64,000 bases of DNA from a virus, in the IMG/VR virus record IMGVR_UViG_3300025141_013870, positions 1 through 64,000 of that record, one strand, 5' to 3'. Below the pieces are notes generated by a model. It worked only from the letters and a program-made list of their open reading frames with translations. It did not search any database and was not told where the DNA came from. The first letter of the stretch is position 1. Each line of letters starts with the position of its first letter. Positions 59,482-64,000 of the stretch are shown here, piece after piece. Made by a program: the position numbers and the translations under genes.

Positions 59482-59488
59482 GGTATTG

Positions 59489-60091
59489 ATGAAGTGGATT
59501 ACAAAAGTATCTCCATTAATTAAGGAAATTGAATTAAGAAAAAATCCAGTAGTCATACGTGTTAATAAGTTTGATGAAAAATCATCAAAAGAATTTGATA
59601 ATCAAGTTGCTTTAGCGCATAATACTGGGCAAAAGGTTATTCCTATTGTCATTGACTCTTACGGCGGACAGGTTTATAGCTTGATGTCAATGATAAGTGC
59701 CATTAATCATTGTGAGATTCCAGTTGCTACAATAGTAGAAGGGAAGGCAATGTCATGTGGAGCTATACTTTTTTCATGCGGTGAGCAAGGCTTAAGGTTT
59801 ATGGATCCTGATGCGACAGTCATGATTCATGATGTTTCATCTATGGAGTATGGAAAAGTTGAAGAGATAAAAGCGTCAGCTGAAGAAACAGAGAGGCTTA
59901 ATCAAAAAGTCTATACAATTATGGCTAGAAACTGTGGAAAAAAAGACGATTATTTTTTAAAGCTCGTTCATAAAAAAGGACACGCAGATTGGTTTTTAGA
60001 TTCAACAGCTTGCAAAAAACACGGACTGGCTAATCAGATTCGTGTACCAAAGTTTAATATCAGCATTTCTGTTGATATAGATTTCGAATAA
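59489..60091 (+). CDS. clpP: ClpP-like serine protease
   Basis: IDSYGGQVY, EGKAMSCGA (catalytic Ser), VMIHD (His), DWFLD. Confidence 0.82.
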   Translation: MKWITKVSPLIKEIELRKNPVVIRVNKFDEKSSKEFDNQVALAHNTGQKVIPIVIDSYGGQVYSLMSMISAINHCEIPVATIVEGKAMSCGAILFSCGEQGLRFMDPDATVMIHDVSSMEYGKVEEIKASAEETERLNQKVYTIMARNCGKKDDYFLKLVHKKGHADWFLDSTACKKHGLANQIRVPKFNISISVDIDFE

Positions 60092-60101
60092 GGTAATATA
60101 A

Positions 60102-61649
60102 ATGTTATTTCAAGATTTGAATATAGAAAAACAAGATACAGATATTTTAAGCGACGACGCTGTAAAATTTTTATCTGATCTAACAAGAATGTTTAGACAA
60201 AGTCTGATATCACTTCTTCAAAGAAGAAACCTGCGTCAGGCATTTTATGATGAGAATCACTTTCCTAATTTTTTATCTGAGACAGTAGCTGTTAGACAGG
60301 GTGACTGGTCTGTTTGTGACATTCCAAATAGCATAAAAGATCGTCGAGTTGAGATAACGGGCCCTCCCGATAGAAAGATGATAATCAACGCTTTAAACTC
60401 TGGAGCAAAAGTGTATATGGCGGACTTTGAAGATTCAATGTCACCAACATGGGAAAATGTCGTCGATGGTCATGTAAACTTAATAGATGCAACAAGAAAG
60501 ACCATAACATACGAACACCCAAAAAAAGGAATGTATGAACTTAATGACGACGTAGCAGTGCTCTTTGTAAGGCCAAGGGGTCTTCACTTAAATGAATCTA
60601 ATTTTATAGTTGACAATAAGCCGATTCCAGCATCATTATTTGATTTTGGATTATTTTTATTTTACAATGGGAAGCTTCTAGCTGATAAAGATGAAGGACC
60701 ATATTTTTACATACCAAAATTAGAACACTATCTTGAAGCTAGATGGTGGAATGAGGTATTCACATGGTCACAAGAGGCTTTGGGCATACCGCATGGATCG
60801 ATAAAGGCAACAGTTCTAATAGAGACTCTACCGGCAGCATTTCAGATGGATGAGATACTATATGAGCTAAGAGACCATTCAGCTGGCTTAAACTGCGGAA
60901 GGTGGGATTATATCTTTAGCTATATAAAGACATTGAGAAATCATGATAACAGAATTCTACCAGATAGAAATACTGTCACGATGAATACACATTTTATGAA
61001 CTCATATGCAAAATTGTTGGTAAAGACATGCCACAAGCGCGGTGCACATGCTATGGGTGGAATGGCTGCACAAATTCCCATAAGAGGAGATCAGGAAAAG
61101 AATATTAAGGCATTGAACAAAGTCCGCGGAGATAAGATAAGAGAGGTTAATCTTGGACACGATGGAACGTGGGTCGCTCATCCAGGACTTGTAAAAATTG
61201 CAAAAGATGTATTTGATGAATATATGCCAGATGAAAACAATATTGAAAAGAAGATAGATTTTGTATGCTCAAGAGAAGACCTTCTTGATACACCCCAGGG
61301 TGAGATAACAGAGGAATGTTTAAGAAGCAATATCAATATCGGTATTCACTATATAGCAGCGTGGCTATCTGGCCAGGGATGCGTTCCTCTTTATAATCTA
61401 ATGGAGGATGCAGCAACTGCAGAGATATCTCGGGCTCAAACTTGGCAGTGGCTAAAACATGACAAGATTAGTATTGATAGATTTGAAGAAATTTTTATTG
61501 AAGAAATTAATAAAATAAGACATGAAGTTGGTGATTTAACATTTAAAAATTCTAATTATGAAAGCGCTTCACAGCTATTCGAACGCTTATCTGTATCTGA
61601 TGAGCTTGATAATTTTTTAACCTTAAAGGCCTATGAGCTAATATCCTAA
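60102..61649 (+). CDS. aceB: Malate synthase A
   Basis: [83 protein letters not shown]. Confidence 0.96.
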   Translation: MLFQDLNIEKQDTDILSDDAVKFLSDLTRMFRQSLISLLQRRNLRQAFYDENHFPNFLSETVAVRQGDWSVCDIPNSIKDRRVEITGPPDRKMIINALNSGAKVYMADFEDSMSPTWENVVDGHVNLIDATRKTITYEHPKKGMYELNDDVAVLFVRPRGLHLNESNFIVDNKPIPASLFDFGLFLFYNGKLLADKDEGPYFYIPKLEHYLEARWWNEVFTWSQEALGIPHGSIKATVLIETLPAAFQMDEILYELRDHSAGLNCGRWDYIFSYIKTLRNHDNRILPDRNTVTMNTHFMNSYAKLLVKTCHKRGAHAMGGMAAQIPIRGDQEKNIKALNKVRGDKIREVNLGHDGTWVAHPGLVKIAKDVFDEYMPDENNIEKKIDFVCSREDLLDTPQGEITEECLRSNINIGIHYIAAWLSGQGCVPLYNLMEDAATAEISRAQTWQWLKHDKISIDRFEEIFIEEINKIRHEVGDLTFKNSNYESASQLFERLSVSDELDNFLTLKAYELIS

Positions 61650-61660
61650 GGATCGTCTAT

Positions 61661-62899
61661 ATGACAACAGTCAAAAGAGATTTACCCCCCATTAAGAGAA
61701 CCTGGAACCAGGAAGATGTCAACAACCTCAGGGGTAATGTTAAAATTGAATATTCACTAGCCAGGTCAGGAGCTAACAAGCTATGGAATCTACTTCTAGA
61801 AGATGATCCCGTTACTGCGCTAGGAGCGTTAACTGGAAACCAGGCAATTCAACAAGTCAGAGGCGGCTTAAAGTCAATATATCTTAGCGGATGGCAGGTA
61901 GCAGCTGATGCAAATCTTTCTGGTAACATGTATCCAGATCAAAGCCTATATCCGGCAAATAGCGTGCCATCAGTCGTGAAGAGAATAAATCAAGCTCTGC
62001 AAAGAACAGATCAGGTTGAGAGCGTTGAAGGGAATATAACTAGAGACTGGATGGTTCCCATAGTTGCAGATGCTGAAGCTGGATTCGGAGGGCCTCTAAA
62101 CGCGCATGAGCTTATGAAAGGAATGATCGAAGCCGGCGCAGCAGGTGTACACTTTGAGGATCAATTATCTTCAGAAAAGAAATGTGGGCACCTGGGCGGA
62201 AAGGTTCTAGTTCCAACATCACAGTTTGTAACAACGTTAAAGGCTGCTCGTCTAGCTGCTGATGTTATGGACGTACCGACCGTTTTAATTGCAAGAACAG
62301 ATGCAAATAGCGCAAGATTAATGACATCTGACATAGATCCATATGATCACCAGTTTATGACAGGAGAAAGAACGCAGGAAGGATTTTATCGAATCACAGG
62401 CGGAATCAATCAGGCAATATCCAGAGGGCTGGCATACGCACCATACGCAGACTTGCTTTGGTGTGAGACATCTACTCCTGATCTTCACGAAGCTAAACTG
62501 TTTGCAGATGCAATTCATGAGAAATTTCCAGGAAAGATTCTAGCATACAATTGTTCACCATCGTTTAATTGGAAGAAAAATCTTGATGATGAGACAATAG
62601 AGATATTTCAAAGAGAGCTAAACGGTATGGGATATAAGTTTCAATTTGTAACTCTTGCTGGATTCCACTCACTTAACTACTCAATGTTTGATTTGGCTGA
62701 TAGATATCGAGATGGCGGAATGACAGCGTACGTTCAGCTTCAGGAGAGAGAATTTTCAGCAGAGGAAAGAGGATACACGGCGACAAAGCACCAGAGAGAG
62801 GTAGGGACTGGATATTTTGATGCAGTTAAGAATGCTCTGTCTGGGGGAGACTCTTCAACTCTTGCTATGACTGAATCTACAGAGTCTGATCAGTTTTAA
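61661..62899 (+). CDS. aceA: Isocitrate lyase (short bacterial type)
   Basis: [32 protein letters not shown], signature [53 protein letters not shown]. Confidence 0.97.
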   Translation: MTTVKRDLPPIKRTWNQEDVNNLRGNVKIEYSLARSGANKLWNLLLEDDPVTALGALTGNQAIQQVRGGLKSIYLSGWQVAADANLSGNMYPDQSLYPANSVPSVVKRINQALQRTDQVESVEGNITRDWMVPIVADAEAGFGGPLNAHELMKGMIEAGAAGVHFEDQLSSEKKCGHLGGKVLVPTSQFVTTLKAARLAADVMDVPTVLIARTDANSARLMTSDIDPYDHQFMTGERTQEGFYRITGGINQAISRGLAYAPYADLLWCETSTPDLHEAKLFADAIHEKFPGKILAYNCSPSFNWKKNLDDETIEIFQRELNGMGYKFQFVTLAGFHSLNYSMFDLADRYRDGGMTAYVQLQEREFSAEERGYTATKHQREVGTGYFDAVKNALSGGDSSTLAMTESTESDQF

Positions 62900-62901
62900 T
62901 T

Positions 62902-63834
62902 ATGGATAAGGACTTTTACAACAAGTCGAGCTCAGACAGCCTTGGGTGGAAACCTGAGTGGTTCGGGTGTAAATATTTCGATGAGGATCTTGTTAAAGCT
63001 GTAAGAAAGTGGCAGCGGGAGAACGGATTAACAGGCGACGGTCTTGTTGGTCCGATGACATATAGAAGAATATGGACAGAGAGAGAATCTCAAATTGATG
63101 AATTTAGACCCTATATCTATAGCCCCAAAGACAGTGCTTTCATAGTTCATAATGGAAAATTTATTCCTATAGACTGGGGAAAGGTGATTCTATGGTCTGA
63201 TACGGGTGGTCTCAAAGCTGCACCAGGAGCCTACTATAGCTATGGGGGATCAGAAGATAGAAATCCAACAATGTTTGTAAACCACTGGGATGTCTGTCTA
63301 TCAGCTGAGAGCTGTGCGAAGGTTCTTGCTAGAAGGGGCGTCTCAGTTCATTTCTGCATAGACAATGATGGAACGATCTATCAACTTCTTGATACACAGC
63401 ATGCAGCGTGGCATGCTGGAAATTCAAAGGTAAACAGAGCTAGTGTAGGTGTGGAAATCTCAAATGCATATTACACAAAATATCAGGACTGGTATGAGAG
63501 ACACGGGTTTGGAGAGCGACCACTATGGACAGACGCAGAGGTCCACGGAAAGACGCAGAAACCATTTTTAGGATTCTATGACGTTCAAATAGAGGCAGCT
63601 AAAGCTCTATGGAGAGCTATTCATGACGGGCTAGGCATTCCGCTAGAGTGCCCAGTAGATTCTTCTGGAGATATGGTTACAACAACAGTGAGCGAAGTGG
63701 CTTCTGGTAAGTTTAAAGGATTTATTCATCACTTTCATGTAACAAGAGGAAAGATCGACTGCGCAGGATTCGATCTAAAGAATCCTCTTGATGAAGTTAG
63801 AACAAGTAGAAAATATTGTATTGATAAGGAATAG
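62902..63834 (+). CDS. Peptidoglycan-binding N-acetylmuramoyl-L-alanine amidase (endolysin-like)
   Basis: PGBD AVRKWQRENGLTGDGLVGPMT; Amidase_2-type VNHWD, SVHFCIDNDGTIYQ, AWHAG, VGVEI, IHHFHV..GKIDC. Confidence 0.85.
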   Translation: MDKDFYNKSSSDSLGWKPEWFGCKYFDEDLVKAVRKWQRENGLTGDGLVGPMTYRRIWTERESQIDEFRPYIYSPKDSAFIVHNGKFIPIDWGKVILWSDTGGLKAAPGAYYSYGGSEDRNPTMFVNHWDVCLSAESCAKVLARRGVSVHFCIDNDGTIYQLLDTQHAAWHAGNSKVNRASVGVEISNAYYTKYQDWYERHGFGERPLWTDAEVHGKTQKPFLGFYDVQIEAAKALWRAIHDGLGIPLECPVDSSGDMVTTTVSEVASGKFKGFIHHFHVTRGKIDCAGFDLKNPLDEVRTSRKYCIDKE

Positions 63835-64000
63835 ATGAAAATGAGACATATGAAGATAGAATATGTGTGGATCGATGGTTGCAACCCATGGGGATTAAGA
63901 TCAAAGGTGAAGGTTTTAAAATTGTCAGATGCCAACTTTAATGACACAATAGAAGGGAGCATTGATAACATTCCTGAGTGGGGGTTTGATGGATCGTCAA
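63835..64000 (+). CDS. glnII: Glutamine synthetase type II (GlnII), N-terminal fragment running off the window
   Basis: My translation from ATG 63835: MKMRHMKIEYVWIDGCNPWGLRSKVKVL...IPEWGFDGSS, matching the GSII motifs EY(I/V)W(I/L)DG, LRSK and W.FDGSS. Absent from the ORF track. Confidence 0.85.
   Translation, partial: MKMRHMKIEYVWIDGCNPWGLRSKVKVLKLSDANFNDTIEGSIDNIPEWGFDGSS

Noticed and set aside
655-63971. The many minus-strand and alternative-frame ORFs in the ORF track (e.g. 17719-18297, 26545-27081, 39670-40233, 56843-57283)
   Set aside because: They overlap well-supported + strand genes, are Ser/Ile/Phe-rich antisense shadows and show no motifs or SD sites.
1-64000. Alternative genetic code (TAG or TGA recoding) as seen in some large phages
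   Set aside because: All recognisable genes are full length under code 11, and TAA, TAG and TGA all serve as normal stops followed closely by the next gene.
58506-64000. Metabolic block as host-chromosome contamination or a prophage boundary
   Set aside because: Same strand, same tight packing, a phage-type amidase interleaved, no iscS/iscR/aceK context and no integrase or att site seen. It still needs read-level confirmation.
1-64000. Eukaryotic giant virus (where glyoxylate genes have been reported)
   Set aside because: Capsid and packaging genes are gp23/gp20/gp17-type with a contractile tail and bacterial SD sites; no double-jelly-roll MCP or A32 ATPase is seen.
1-64000. tRNA genes, CRISPR arrays, diversity-generating retroelement, introns or inteins
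   Set aside because: No cloverleaf, repeat-spacer array or reverse transcriptase was seen. TerL, DnaB, RecA and NrdJ have normal lengths with no intein-like inserts.

Overview
This window is a segment of a large, AT-rich, T4-like (gp17/gp20/gp21/gp23/gp18/gp19-type) myovirus genome. Every credible gene is on the + strand. Gene order: baseplate/tail-periphery proteins (1-9014); RuvC, primase and a single-chain SbcD-SbcC fusion (9283-14271); head module with terminase, portal, prohead protease, three tandem paralogues, scaffold and a major capsid protein carrying a large insertion (14565-26913); neck and tail with two tandem ~1000-aa sheath genes, tube, a chaperone pair with a probable +1/-2 frameshift, tape measure and hub (27148-48614); replication module with a minimal family-A polymerase, HD protein, SSB, RecA, 5'-3' exonuclease, DnaB and class II RNR (48654-58466). 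The most striking part is a tightly packed auxiliary-metabolism block (58506-64000): iscU, nfu, iscA, clpP, a complete glyoxylate shunt (malate synthase aceB + isocitrate lyase aceA, catalytic motifs intact), an endolysin-like amidase and the start of a type II glutamine synthetase that the ORF track missed. Two promoter classes are visible: an ATAnnTA late-type motif before structural genes, and TGAAC-N17/18-TAnnnT sigma70-like promoters before replication genes. I saw no tRNA, CRISPR array, intron/intein or recoded stop codon. All product calls come from motifs recognised by eye; no database search was run.
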